From a virus (lineage: Duplodnaviria; Caudoviricetes): 47,703 bases of DNA. Below, in pieces: positions 9,320 to 19,425 of the stretch; position 1 is the first letter of the stretch; each line of letters starts with the position of its first letter. The position numbers were made by a program, and so were the translations under genes. A model generated the notes under the pieces. It had not been told where the DNA came from. It worked only from the letters and a program-made list of their open reading frames with translations, and did no database searches. The stretch is taken from positions 1 through 47,703 of IMG/VR virus record IMGVR_UViG_3300005573_000132; one strand, given 5' to 3'.

Positions 9320-11815
9320 CTAGCTTGCCACCTCCGCTGACCAGTCGTCCACGTAGACCGAGCCGGCGGTGCCATCGCAGTCCACGTAGAACTCCATCAC
9401 GCCGTCGTCGCCCGTGGCCGTCGGGCTGGTTGCCGACAACAGAATCCATGCGTCCGCTGCGCCCGAGAAGGTCGCCAGCGTGGAATCACCGGAGATGCCG
9501 ATGGCCGGATTGGCTCGCACTCTCAGGCGCGGCGCGGCCCCGTTGTAGCTGGCGCTTTTTCGCACCCATACTTGCACATTGAGCGCTTGGCCGCTGCTGA
9601 CCGCCCGGCGGTAACCGCCGCTTTCCAGCTTGATGCTGGCCGAAGTGGGGCTCAACCGCTCAGAGGGCGGAGCGCTCTTGTAGATGGTCGTTTCGGTCTG
9701 CGCCGTCCCAATGGGCAGAAAGCGGCGGTGATCTCCGGCCGTTTGGTTGTGCTTCGTGCTGTACAGGCCGCTCCACATGCCGAAGGCGCGGTTGAGATTG
9801 GCCAAGTTCGACAGGACGTTTGCCGCGCCGAACAAGCAGTTGTAGGCGTACACCCAGATCGCCTGTCTGTCTCCGGCGGTGCTATGAAAGGCGATATCGT
9901 AAGTGTGGGCAGTCTTGATGCCGGAAACCTGGCTGAAGGAGCAGTTGACCAGGGTGATCCGAGTGCGCGTATCATCGCTGTAGAAAGCAATGCCGTTGGT
10001 CGTGGAGAATGACGTGTCGCCGTTGAGCGAGCAGGAAACCAAGCGCAGGTCATAGGCAGGATTGTTAAGGAACACGTTCTGGCTTAAGTTCCCGAACATC
10101 TCCACGCTGTCGAGCACGATCGGCTCGTACTGTGTTGCGCCGGTCGGGCGCACTCCGGACCCGTTGTTCCTCCAGAACTTGCAGTTGGAGATGGTCAAGG
10201 GAGCGGTTTGAGTGGTCTCCACTACCAGGCCGTTCACTGTGTTCGAGTGGGCAACATTGCCGCTGAATGTGCCTGTCACGGCTCCGCTGATTGCGAATCC
10301 ATATCCGTAGGTGCCATTACTAGCTCCGCTCACCCGATTGTCAGTGACGGTACCCCGTGGATTAACCATGCTAATTCCGTACCCGTTGGTGATTCCAATG
10401 CACCAGTTGCCGCGTAGGACATAGGTGGCATCCGAGCCTCCGGAAACGATCACGGCCTGGTAGTAGGATAGGTAGACCACGTTGTATTCCACCGTCGCGC
10501 CGACCGCCGTGCTTGTGATTTCGATGCCGTAGCAGTAGTTTGCTTGCCCGGTGTCATGAACTGAGCAGTAGCCGATGTACGGAGAGTTCGCGCTGTCGAT
10601 CTGCACTCCGTGCTTGCCGGTGGCGTTGGCTCCCAGGTAGTAGAACTCCGCATAGCTGGCGTTGAAGCGCGACCCAGCGCCCCTGGAGTACACGTATCCG
10701 GTCAACGAGGTTGAGTTGCCGCGCACCACGACGTTGCGGGTTAGGTTTATGACCTCCGCCTGAGTCGGGGACGTTCCGCTGTGGGCGTAGGTCAGCCCCG
10801 AGGAGAGCTGGGCTTGCGTGCCGGACACAATGGAGCTCACGGTCCGGCGTTCGTATTCACTGGCCGTGCGCCCGGTTGGAGCGATCGCAATGCTGTCGTT
10901 GGCGGCCCAGCCGTCCGTGCTCTCTACGGTGATGGTGGTCGCCCCGACAGAAGCGTCCGCGGTCAACAGGACCCGCGTGGAGTTCTTGACGGCGCCATAG
11001 ATGTTGACCGTGCCCGAGGAGTCAAGCCCGCTATCCCCAGCCGCCACAGAATCGAAATGCAGGGTGGCGGTGCTGCTGGATGGCATCCGAGCGTCGGATG
11101 TTCCGATGTTGAGGGTTCCGGATAAGGCCACCCCAATCATGCCCTTGATCTTCAGGTAGTAGTTGGTCGAGGCGTCCGTCCCAAAAGCCAGCGTGCAGCC
11201 CTGGTTCACGGTCATGCCATGCGGCGGACCGCCGCTCACCGTCGGGCCGAAACTGGTCCCACTGTCGGTGTTGTTCATGGTCACGGTGAAATCCGTGCGG
11301 CTCCCGGCTCCGGTGCGCTCGTGCAGCACGTGCAGCTGGTCGTTGGCTGCGGGCGCCTGCTGGGTGGTCGTGCGCAGCATTCGAGTGTGATTGTTGGTAG
11401 TGGCGTTCCGGTAGACCGTGACCATGGAGCTGGCGCTGGCCACCAAGCGGACCAGGTAGTTCTTGCCGGTCTCCAGCGTAACCGCGGAGGAGAACTTGAA
11501 GAATTGCCAGCCCCAGGCATTGTCCAGGTCGCTGACGTTCACCGTCACCGAGGCCACATTGACTCCTGCCGTGGCGTCCCGCAGCGCGACAGTGAAGGTG
11601 TTGCTGCCCGGGCTCGACGAGCGGCTGGACACCTTGATTGCCACCCCGTCCACCGTGGGCGGGCTGGAGGAGTAGCTCCAGGTCGAGCTGTCCACGTTGC
11701 TGGTGCCGATGCTGGTGGTTCCGGCCTCGCTGTCCAGGTAAGACACCGGGTCCACCAGCGCCCAAGTTGAAGAGTCCGTGAAGTTTCCAGATGCTCGGCT
11801 GATCAAGACCGCCAT
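9320..11815 (-). CDS. Tail spike / parallel beta-helix protein (putative depolymerase)
   Basis: ATG 11815 by TGATG coupling; PbH1-like Asn/Gly repeats (VEYNVVY, LRGNWCI, VTDNRVS, FSGNVAHSN, ISNCKFWRNNGSG). Confidence 0.7.
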   Translation of the reverse strand: MAVLISRASGNFTDSSTWALVDPVSYLDSEAGTTSIGTSNVDSSTWSYSSSPPTVDGVAIKVSSRSSSPGSNTFTVALRDATAGVNVASVTVNVSDLDNAWGWQFFKFSSAVTLETGKNYLVRLVASASSMVTVYRNATTNNHTRMLRTTTQQAPAANDQLHVLHERTGAGSRTDFTVTMNNTDSGTSFGPTVSGGPPHGMTVNQGCTLAFGTDASTNYYLKIKGMIGVALSGTLNIGTSDARMPSSSTATLHFDSVAAGDSGLDSSGTVNIYGAVKNSTRVLLTADASVGATTITVESTDGWAANDSIAIAPTGRTASEYERRTVSSIVSGTQAQLSSGLTYAHSGTSPTQAEVINLTRNVVVRGNSTSLTGYVYSRGAGSRFNASYAEFYYLGANATGKHGVQIDSANSPYIGYCSVHDTGQANYCYGIEITSTAVGATVEYNVVYLSYYQAVIVSGGSDATYVLRGNWCIGITNGYGISMVNPRGTVTDNRVSGASNGTYGYGFAISGAVTGTFSGNVAHSNTVNGLVVETTQTAPLTISNCKFWRNNGSGVRPTGATQYEPIVLDSVEMFGNLSQNVFLNNPAYDLRLVSCSLNGDTSFSTTNGIAFYSDDTRTRITLVNCSFSQVSGIKTAHTYDIAFHSTAGDRQAIWVYAYNCLFGAANVLSNLANLNRAFGMWSGLYSTKHNQTAGDHRRFLPIGTAQTETTIYKSAPPSERLSPTSASIKLESGGYRRAVSSGQALNVQVWVRKSASYNGAAPRLRVRANPAIGISGDSTLATFSGAADAWILLSATSPTATGDDGVMEFYVDCDGTAGSVYVDDWSAEVAS

Positions 11816-13431
11816 CAGACGCACTCCATGGTGAAGGTCACATAGGTCGCGCCGCTAACGGCGAACAGGTTCACCCCGATGATGTCGTTGGCGGCGATGG
11901 AGGTGGTCGAAAAGTCGCTCAGGTCCGTGCTGCGGATGGCCTGGCCGGAGGACAGCGATACCCCGTTGCTGTTGATGGAGTTCGCCGCAGTGGGCAGACT
12001 GCTGCCGGAAGCCACCTTCCAGATCTTTATGGTGCAGGTTCCGGAGTCGGCCAGAATGCTCCAGGCGACCAGGGTAGAGGCCCAGGGCATCCGAAGATAG
12101 ACCGTCCGGCCGGAGGAGAGAACCGAACCGCCTCCGTCGAAGGTGGCGCCAAAACTCCGCCCCGGGCTCGGACCGGTGTAGCCGGTCGCTCCAGTGTAGC
12201 CGGTGTAACCGGTCACCTGAGGCCCGGTATAACCCGTGAAGCCCGTCGGACCGGTTGGCCCCGTATAGCCGGTGTAGCCCGTAACCTGCGGGCCAGTGTA
12301 TCCCGTGAAGCCAGTGTACCCGGTGTACCCGGTGAAGTTCCCGGGGCCGGTGTAGCCCGTGTAGCCGGTTGTCCCAGTCGGGCCCGTGTAACCCGTGAAG
12401 CCCGTCGGTCCGGTGTAGCCGGTGTAGCCGGTGAAGTTGCCTGGACCGGTGTAGCCCGTTGGACCGGTCGGCCCAGTCTCCCCGGTGTAGCCGGTGTAGC
12501 CTCGCGGCCCGATGTACCCGGTGTATCCGGTGTATCCGGTCCCGCCTGTGTACCCGGTGTAGCCCGTGGCTCCAGTGGCAGAGGCTGATCCCTCCGGTCC
12601 AGTGTAGCCCGTGAAGCCCGTCGGTCCGGTGTAACCCGTGGCTCCAGTGGCGGCTGCTGAGCCCTCGGGTCCCGTGTAGCCAGTGAAGCCGGTTGGTCCC
12701 GTTGGGCCTGTGAATCCGGTCGGGCCCGTGGGGCCAGCGGGTCCGGTGTCGCCCGTGTAACCGGTGTATCCAGTGAATCCTGTGGGCCCGGTCGGGCCAG
12801 TGGGTCCCGTGTAGCCGGTGTAGCCGGTCGATCCGGTGGCGGCGGCCGCGCCTTCGGGGCCGGTGTACCCCGTGAAACCCGTCGGACCGGTGAAGCCCGT
12901 GTAGCCAGTGTAGCCGGTGATATTCGGCCCAGTGTATCCAGTGAAGCCTGTGTAACCAGTGAAGCCGGTCACGCCCCGCGGCCCGGTGTACCCCGTGAAC
13001 CCCGTGTGGCCGTAAGGACCGGTGTAGCCGGTCGCTCCAGTGGCGCCGGTCGCCCCAGGCGGCCCCGTATAGCCAGTCGGGCCGGTTGGACCGATTGGAC
13101 CAGCTGCCTCCGTAAGCAGGTCCGCGATGGTCTTGGCGGTGACCCCGGCCATCAAGACGTATAGCTTGCCCGCAACGGACTTGGAGGTTGGCGCCGTGCC
13201 CTCTTGTCCGCGGGCAATGGTCAGCGTGTCGCCGACAATGGCGGTCACCCGCACGATCTCAGCGTTCGGATCGTCGGCCGGATCGGGATAGTCCGTCGAG
13301 TTCCACCAGGTGGCGTTGAACGGGGGAGTCGGCAGGCGCGACCCGTGCCCGGAGTAGAGCGTGATGCTGGTCGCGTAAGCGGGATAGGTCCCGAGAACGT
13401 ATGCCTTGGCGAAATTCTTTACCGCGTCCAT
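11815..13431 (-). CDS. Collagen-like tail fibre (Gly-X-Thr repeats)
   Basis: N-terminal [22 protein letters not shown] domain; about 310 aa of GPT/GYT/GFT triplets; C-terminal beta-rich domain. Confidence 0.85.
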   Translation of the reverse strand: MDAVKNFAKAYVLGTYPAYATSITLYSGHGSRLPTPPFNATWWNSTDYPDPADDPNAEIVRVTAIVGDTLTIARGQEGTAPTSKSVAGKLYVLMAGVTAKTIADLLTEAAGPIGPTGPTGYTGPPGATGATGATGYTGPYGHTGFTGYTGPRGVTGFTGYTGFTGYTGPNITGYTGYTGFTGPTGFTGYTGPEGAAAATGSTGYTGYTGPTGPTGPTGFTGYTGYTGDTGPAGPTGPTGFTGPTGPTGFTGYTGPEGSAAATGATGYTGPTGFTGYTGPEGSASATGATGYTGYTGGTGYTGYTGYIGPRGYTGYTGETGPTGPTGYTGPGNFTGYTGYTGPTGFTGYTGPTGTTGYTGYTGPGNFTGYTGYTGFTGYTGPQVTGYTGYTGPTGPTGFTGYTGPQVTGYTGYTGATGYTGPSPGRSFGATFDGGGSVLSSGRTVYLRMPWASTLVAWSILADSGTCTIKIWKVASGSSLPTAANSINSNGVSLSSGQAIRSTDLSDFSTTSIAANDIIGVNLFAVSGATYVTFTMECV

Positions 13432-13439
13432 GACTCCCC

Positions 13440-13907
13440 TCAGTAAACGATCCTCACCACGCCTTCCTCCGTGCGGTACAGGTGGCCGGCCAGCAGCCCC
13501 CCGGCCTTGGCCGCATCATTGTTGGCGTACACCGGCAAACCCAGGGTGTACCGAACGGGGATCGGGTTGCCGGTGGCGTCCGAGTGCCCGGCCATCTCCA
13601 CGCTTTGATCAAACTCCGCGCTGTCCTCGAAGGTGACCCGGCCGGAGAAGACCAGCGGCCCGACTTCGAACCGGAACGGTCCGCTCCGGCCTTGCACCTG
13701 CGCCACCTGAGAAGCTAGGACCTGAAGCACCTGATTGATCTTGAACGCCAGAGATTCCGGCCGGACATCCTGCTCCGTGAGCTGCGGGATGTCCGCCTTG
13801 CGCTGCCCTCCGGCTACCTCCCCTTGGCTGACCGCAGCAGCGGACAAGCGGCGCGGATCCACGATGGGCCGTTGCGGCCGGATGTTCTCGGCTCTCTCGT
13901 CCGCCAT
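13440..13907 (-). CDS. Hypothetical virion protein
   Basis: In the tail operon; C-terminal [23 protein letters not shown] motif recalled from phage structural proteins. Confidence 0.55.
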   Translation of the reverse strand: MADERAENIRPQRPIVDPRRLSAAAVSQGEVAGGQRKADIPQLTEQDVRPESLAFKINQVLQVLASQVAQVQGRSGPFRFEVGPLVFSGRVTFEDSAEFDQSVEMAGHSDATGNPIPVRYTLGLPVYANNDAAKAGGLLAGHLYRTEEGVVRIVY

Positions 13908-13934
13908 TTCTACTCCTCGCCTCTTCGAATCATG

Positions 13935-16900
13935 CTACGTCATCACCGTCCGTTCCTGCTCGCTCAGCAGCCCGAACTGCTGATAGCCCTGGCGCATGTC
14001 GGCCCCGATAGGCATCCACTCCACCCGGCTGGAATCGCCGTATAGCCGGAAACCGCAGCACGGATCCATGCTGACCAGCTCGAACGAGTAGACGCGGCTC
14101 TTGTTCAGAACTCCAGCCGAGGAAGCGGCAGGCAGGTACACCCGCTCAACGCTCCGCCGGGCGTGCTGCGGCAACTCCGTCTCCAGCAGCTTCTGCCGGT
14201 CGTCGGTGTAGACCTTCAACAACAGAGGCGCGCAACTGTCGTACTGGAGCCAGATCTGCTTGATGAATTTGAACCCGTTGTAGCCAAAGGTCTGCTCGTA
14301 GCTCGACCAGAAGGTTTGCAGACAGGGCAGGCGAACCGCCGTGAACTGTTGCTTGAACAGCTGTGACTTGCCGTTGGTCCCAGGAATCAGCACCAGCCGG
14401 AACTGCTTGCCAATCAGCTCTTCCTGGCCAGGCTCGTTCAGCGTGATGATGTGGTGCCGGTTATTCCAGTTGGTCTTGACCTGGAACCTCCGCTTGGGGA
14501 TTCCGTCCGCCTGAATCTCCACCGTGCAGACTACCCCGCCAGTGTCGATCTCTAGGATCAGTTCCCGCAGCATCTTCTCGCAGGGATAGCCGAGGTCGTC
14601 CCATTCGGTGAACAGAACCCGGTCCGGAGGGTACTGAATGTAGTCGAAGTGATAGACCCAGGTCTTAAAGTCGGTGTAGGTGGCCGTAGGTCGCAGCCGG
14701 ACCAGCTTCACCGGCTGGTCCAGATCAATCGGAAAGGTGGTCCGCGAGCGCAGCGGCCCGGTGGAGCCACTGCTGGCCTCGCTCAGCAGCGTGAATTGAC
14801 GCACGCCGAGCGCCCGCTGTGTCCCCATGACGCCGTAGGTCACGTCCAGGTTCAGCTGCACCTCGTGCCCGACCGAATCGTACTCCAGCGAAAGCTGCGT
14901 CAGCCGCTTGTCGTGCGGGTAGCCCAGGTTGTCCCAATCGCTGGCCCGGCCGCGCTGAATCTCCTCCAGGAACAGGAAGTGGAACGTCAGAGTGTGAAAA
15001 GCCACCGGGCGCTTGCCAGTGGCCTGGATCTCCACATTGATGGCCCACGCCTCTTTGCCCAGGCCGCAATTCAGCGGCAAGGGAACGCGGTAGCGGCCGC
15101 GGTCGGGCTGAGGCTCCAGCGTGAACCTCTCCTCGGCCGTATTGCTGAAGTCGTAGTAGACATCGACGATGACTTCGGTCTCCGGATTCTCCAGCTCCAG
15201 CACCATGTCCCCGAACTGCTTCTGCATGGCCGGCTGGCCCATGTACATCCAGCCGGTGCGGAGGCTGGCCGCAATCGCGCTCCCGCCGCCCTGATTGGCC
15301 AGAGTGCAGGCGTCCGTGGTGTAGAGCTGCGAGGCAGTGACCGGGATGTTGTCCTGGTTCAGCAGCGCCAGCCCAGACTGGTTCCGGTTGGCGAAGATCA
15401 CCTTTCCGGTTTCCGCCTGGGTGAGCACCGCGTCCACTTCGACGTCTTCCGAGGACCAGCGGTCTTGCCGGGTGCTGTAGCGCAGGCGCCGCAGCACTCC
15501 GCCCGTATCCCGGTAGGCTAGGAAGACGTCGTCCCGGCTGTACCACATCAGGACCGTCTCCAGATCGCTGATGCCGTTCGGGCCGGGGTTGGGGTCAAAG
15601 GAGATGGGGTAGAATCCGTTGGCGTACTCGCCGCGGAAGATGTGGTCGATGGCCTCCGACTTCTTGACCGCAAGCCCGCCTGAGAAGGCGTAGACGCCAT
15701 CGTGTGAAACGTAGTAGAGCTCGTTGTCCGCCTTGCACCAACCCCAGGGCGCGAACAGCCCGCGCTGCGCCGGCGTTTCCACCGGCGCCTGCATTACGCC
15801 ATTGTAGACCGTGACCGCATAGATCTTGGCCTTGTTCAGGCACAGCAGCACCCCGCCGAACTCCGTGATATTCATGATGGGGTTGGACGGCGTTCCAACC
15901 TCAATGGAGCCCGGACTGCCGTCCACCTCGTTCACCACGGCCGGAAAGCTCTCCGGGCGGTTGGGCTTGCTCTTGTAGAGGACGTTAGGATTGAGCTCAT
16001 CTCCGGCCAGGAAGACCGAGTTGAAGGCCACAGCGGCGTAGCGGCAAGGCGTGTTGGCTCTGCGGACCGTCTGCACCCTCTCCAGCGCCTGGTGCTCCAC
16101 CTGGAAGACCGTCACGAACCGATAAGGCTCGCTCTCGCTGGAGATATGCTGCACCACGCAGATCTCTTCGTGGTCCGTGCCTTGCCCCACCAGGATCGTC
16201 GTCCCCGGAGAAAGCGCGCGGCTGAGCGGGTCGCCCTGATTTAGGCCCGTAGCCACCGAGATGGTGACCTCGACCTGCCCAAAGATCGGGCTGCCCGGCG
16301 CCGGACCGATAATCACCCCGACTTCCGCAATCTCCGCCACGAACGGCGTGGGCAGCATTGCGGATACGGGCGGGTCGTTGTCGAACTCCGCAATCGGATT
16401 CGCCGCAATGTCCGCATCGGGCGTGTTGTCTACGTGGTAGCAGTAGCCGTCCGGAGTGGCGTGGGCGCTGTTCAAGATGGTGAGGCGCCGGTACAGGCCG
16501 TCGCTGAAGGAGCCTCCGGCGCGGTAGAGAACCACGTCCCACATGCCGCCGGTCTGCGGGTCGATCCGGTCGTAGCCCAACTCGCTCGGGCTTTGTGGAC
16601 GGCACCAGACCTCGATGTTGCCGCCCTGCTCCGGGTCGGTCTCCACGCCGAAGCGCTCCAGCATCAGCGGGCTGGGATTGCTCTCGTGCCCGGTGATCGG
16701 GTTGCGCAGGGTGTAGACGTAAGTGTAGGGAGCGTAAAGACTCTTTAGGTTCCCGCCGGGCCATCCCACCGCCTGAGCGGGCCATGGCGGCCGGTCCAGC
16801 CCCCACTTGCTCATGACCTCGTAGTCCTTGGACGGCGTGTCCTTAAGCTGGTCCTTGAACATGCCGCCGGGACAGGCAAGGTAGAAGTAGGGGCGGCCGG

Positions 16901-17318
16901 TGTAGCCCTTCTTGTAGGCCACTCCGCTTGGCCGCAGCAGCACCGGGCCCAGCTTGGCCGCGTAGATCTCCCCGGAACCGCTGCTCGGAACAATCTGCGG
17001 AGGCGAGCCAGCCAGCCGATAGAGATAGCCGCCGGAGCTCACGTAGAGGTAGTTGAAGTTCGGATCGTAAGCCCCGGTGAAGAGCTCCCACAGGCCGTCA
17101 ATGTACACCAGCGGGCCGGTCTCGCCCGTGAGCCCTCCTGGCGTCAGCACGGCGTAACCGTTGCGGCTGCGCAGCGCCCCCTCCTGCCATGCAACCAGGT
17201 TCACCAGCCGGAGATACTGACCGGGAGAGAGCATGGCCGGGTCGATCTTCTGGATCTCCCCGGCATTGCCGAAGGGATAGACCAGATCCCGGTACGGCTG
17301 TGGCTCGTTCAGCGCCAT
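13935..17318 (-). CDS. Tail nozzle/DNA-stabilisation protein (P22 gp10/T7 gp12 position) with four C-terminal repeats
   Basis: 1127 aa after the adaptors; YVYTLRNPITGHESNPSP, VLYKSKPNRPESFP, LYYVSHDGVYAFSGG. Confidence 0.65.
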   Translation of the reverse strand: MALNEPQPYRDLVYPFGNAGEIQKIDPAMLSPGQYLRLVNLVAWQEGALRSRNGYAVLTPGGLTGETGPLVYIDGLWELFTGAYDPNFNYLYVSSGGYLYRLAGSPPQIVPSSGSGEIYAAKLGPVLLRPSGVAYKKGYTGRPYFYLACPGGMFKDQLKDTPSKDYEVMSKWGLDRPPWPAQAVGWPGGNLKSLYAPYTYVYTLRNPITGHESNPSPLMLERFGVETDPEQGGNIEVWCRPQSPSELGYDRIDPQTGGMWDVVLYRAGGSFSDGLYRRLTILNSAHATPDGYCYHVDNTPDADIAANPIAEFDNDPPVSAMLPTPFVAEIAEVGVIIGPAPGSPIFGQVEVTISVATGLNQGDPLSRALSPGTTILVGQGTDHEEICVVQHISSESEPYRFVTVFQVEHQALERVQTVRRANTPCRYAAVAFNSVFLAGDELNPNVLYKSKPNRPESFPAVVNEVDGSPGSIEVGTPSNPIMNITEFGGVLLCLNKAKIYAVTVYNGVMQAPVETPAQRGLFAPWGWCKADNELYYVSHDGVYAFSGGLAVKKSEAIDHIFRGEYANGFYPISFDPNPGPNGISDLETVLMWYSRDDVFLAYRDTGGVLRRLRYSTRQDRWSSEDVEVDAVLTQAETGKVIFANRNQSGLALLNQDNIPVTASQLYTTDACTLANQGGGSAIAASLRTGWMYMGQPAMQKQFGDMVLELENPETEVIVDVYYDFSNTAEERFTLEPQPDRGRYRVPLPLNCGLGKEAWAINVEIQATGKRPVAFHTLTFHFLFLEEIQRGRASDWDNLGYPHDKRLTQLSLEYDSVGHEVQLNLDVTYGVMGTQRALGVRQFTLLSEASSGSTGPLRSRTTFPIDLDQPVKLVRLRPTATYTDFKTWVYHFDYIQYPPDRVLFTEWDDLGYPCEKMLRELILEIDTGGVVCTVEIQADGIPKRRFQVKTNWNNRHHIITLNEPGQEELIGKQFRLVLIPGTNGKSQLFKQQFTAVRLPCLQTFWSSYEQTFGYNGFKFIKQIWLQYDSCAPLLLKVYTDDRQKLLETELPQHARRSVERVYLPAASSAGVLNKSRVYSFELVSMDPCCGFRLYGDSSRVEWMPIGADMRQGYQQFGLLSEQERTVMT

Positions 17319-17322
17319 CGGC

Positions 17323-17622
17323 TTACTTCTTTACCGCTCCCTTGTAGATGGTTTCTTGCAGCACCCACTGGACCACAAAGTTCCACAGCAGTGTCAGGAT
17401 GGAGCTCAAGTGCAGCCCGCTGACAACGAGAACCCCCTGCTGGGCATCGAACTGCGCCGCGATGCCCACAGTCGCCAAAGCCGCCAGCAGCGCCGAAAGA
17501 AATCGGTTGAGCCGGTCGGTCGTGGCGGTGATCCACTTAAATGAGGGGTGCGACTTTAGCCATTCGATGAGAAACACGGCCAATCCGGCCGCTCCTACCT
17601 GAGAACCAAACACTTCGTTCAT
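17323..17622 (-). CDS. Small multi-TM membrane protein (holin-like)
   Basis: ATG 17622 after GGAGG; 99 aa, 2-3 hydrophobic segments, basic C-terminus. Confidence 0.5.
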   Translation of the reverse strand: MNEVFGSQVGAAGLAVFLIEWLKSHPSFKWITATTDRLNRFLSALLAALATVGIAAQFDAQQGVLVVSGLHLSSILTLLWNFVVQWVLQETIYKGAVKK

Positions 17623-17624
17623 TG

Positions 17625-18266
17625 CTATTCCTCCACCGGGGCCTCTTCGCCGAGGCCCTCCAAAGAGATCGCCTGCGCCAGCGAGCATCCCTCCTGAAAC
17701 CGGCTCTGACAGTACTGCTGGCGCAGCGTGTCCCGCGTTTCCCCGTCCCTGCCAAACACCGTCGCCAGTACCCCGTACTTCAGGTACGGCAAAAAACTGT
17801 CCGGAAATCCGGTCAGCTGCGTGTCCAAGGTGTACGAGCCGATGCCCGTGTCCGTCGTCGCCACTACCAGCAGCGCGTTGGCGATGCTCTCGGACGGAGT
17901 AGGGAACAGCCCGATATGCTTCAGCTCCACGCGGTCTTCGTGCCAGTACCGAGGGGAGCTGCTCTCGGAACGCCACTTCCTCACCAGGTTGTCCAGCTCG
18001 AATGACGGGATGTAGTGCAGGTACCTGCCCCGGTAGAACACCTCCTCAACCCTGAGCACGTAATCCGGAAGCGCCACTTGGTTCTGCCCTGCGGTTACGC
18101 TGAGCGGAATGGCCCGCTTGATGATTCCGGACTCCTGGTGAAAATCCGCAATCACTTCCCGGAAGTCCAGCAGGAACTGGGTCTCGGTGTACAACCCGAG
18201 CGCCAGGCCGTTGGGCTCCAGCAGCACCGAGCAGACTTCGTTGTAGATGTCGCGGACGGTGGACAA
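17625..18266 (-). CDS. Head-tail adaptor protein (paralog 3)
   Basis: SVTAGQNQVALPDYVLRVEEV...IGLFPTP...LKYGVLA. Confidence 0.65.
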   Translation of the reverse strand: MSTVRDIYNEVCSVLLEPNGLALGLYTETQFLLDFREVIADFHQESGIIKRAIPLSVTAGQNQVALPDYVLRVEEVFYRGRYLHYIPSFELDNLVRKWRSESSSPRYWHEDRVELKHIGLFPTPSESIANALLVVATTDTGIGSYTLDTQLTGFPDSFLPYLKYGVLATVFGRDGETRDTLRQQYCQSRFQEGCSLAQAISLEGLGEEAPVEE

Positions 18267-18267
18267 A

Positions 18268-18915
18268 TCATCCTCCCTCGCTCGGCTGCTGCTGCTCCAG
18301 GTAGAACCGCGGACGCTTCCAGTCGCGCCAGATGGACAGGAACTTGCTCTGGTGCAGGAATTCCTGGTAGGCCGCAGCCGAATCCGCGAAGACCTTCCCG
18401 CCTTCCTTCAGCTGCAACACGTGAGCCGCCATCGCCCGGATGGCGTCCGTAAGCTCCCCCGGCATCTGAAGCACATCGTTATCCAGGGCGGCTTTCGGCG
18501 GATCGCAAATCCCTTCCACCAGCAGCGTCCGGCCGCCTGCTGCGTCGGCTGGATGGATCGCCAGATAGCGAACTCCGATGGGCATCCACGTCGAGACCGG
18601 GCCGTAGTTGGCGGTGGTCTCCTGCATCCAGCTCCGGCGCCGCTTGGCCAGCGCCGCCAGGCTGCTGCGGCTCAATTGCCGCTGCGCGAGACTGACCGCC
18701 AGCGGGACCAGCATCGGCGCAGGCAGCTCGTAGATGTACTGGTTTGCGACTGTGGTAATCTCTACGGAGTCCTGGTAGAAGCCGAGCATCAGGTTGGCGA
18801 CACGGATCTGCTCGTTGATGGCGGCGTCCACCTCAGTCGCCGGATAGAACGTGCTGTTGCCGTCCAGCGCCGCCCAAACCGAATCCCGCATTTCCGCCAG
18901 AGTTCGGGTGGGCAT
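18268..18915 (-). CDS. Head-tail adaptor protein (paralog 2)
   Basis: TLAEMRDSVWAALD...EVDAAINE...TVANQYIYELP...LAIHPAD. Confidence 0.65.
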   Translation of the reverse strand: MPTRTLAEMRDSVWAALDGNSTFYPATEVDAAINEQIRVANLMLGFYQDSVEITTVANQYIYELPAPMLVPLAVSLAQRQLSRSSLAALAKRRRSWMQETTANYGPVSTWMPIGVRYLAIHPADAAGGRTLLVEGICDPPKAALDNDVLQMPGELTDAIRAMAAHVLQLKEGGKVFADSAAAYQEFLHQSKFLSIWRDWKRPRFYLEQQQPSEGG

Positions 18916-18924
18916 GGGCCTCCT

Positions 18925-19131
18925 TTAGGCGCGCCGGCTGACGCGGCGGTTTGCCCTGCGCTGCGCAATCCGCTTCATATTCTCGGCGAATATCGCCCGC
19001 TTGGCCAGGACCCCTCCGGCGCGCTTGGCCGCAGCGATCTTGCTCGGGGTCGCCGCTCCGAACTTGCCCAGTGTCCCGCGGCGCTTCATGCGGGCAACCG
19101 CGGCTTGAATCCAGAGATTCTTTCCAGCCAT
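18925..19131 (-). CDS. Small, highly basic protein
   Basis: 68 aa, Arg/Lys-rich (WIQAAVARMKRRGTL...LAKRAIFAENMKR); good RBS. Confidence 0.65.
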   Translation of the reverse strand: MAGKNLWIQAAVARMKRRGTLGKFGAATPSKIAAAKRAGGVLAKRAIFAENMKRIAQRRANRRVSRRA

Positions 19132-19134
19132 GAC

Positions 19135-19386
19135 TCATTCCTCCTTGAAGAAATCATCGGGCCTGTAGTAAGCCCGCTCCCGCTCCAGAATGCCTTGCCC
19201 TTTGTAGATAGCCTCTAGGTCTGCCTGCCGCTGCTCCCAATCTTCCATCGGCGCGATACCGCCCATCTGCCTCCGCCGCTCCTCCCGGAGCTGCTCCCGG
19301 TCCAGCGCCTCGCTCATCTCCTGAAGCGAGTTCTTGCCCGGGCAGTAGGGCTTCACCGGGTATCCGTACTCTCCTGAGTCGTGCAT
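19135..19386 (-). CDS. Hypothetical protein
   Basis: AAGGAG RBS; tightly packed in the operon. Confidence 0.6.
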   Translation of the reverse strand: MHDSGEYGYPVKPYCPGKNSLQEMSEALDREQLREERRRQMGGIAPMEDWEQRQADLEAIYKGQGILERERAYYRPDDFFKEE

Positions 19387-19402
19387 CCGTTGCTCCTTCC
19401 TT

Positions 19403-19425
19403 TGACGTCCGAGGTTCGGACGTCA
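19403..19425. repeat. Palindrome copy 2: TGACGTCCGA-GGT-TCGGACGTCA
   Basis: Core 19405-19423, 19 nt upstream of ATG 19386; overlaps the upstream stop codon. Confidence 0.9.
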
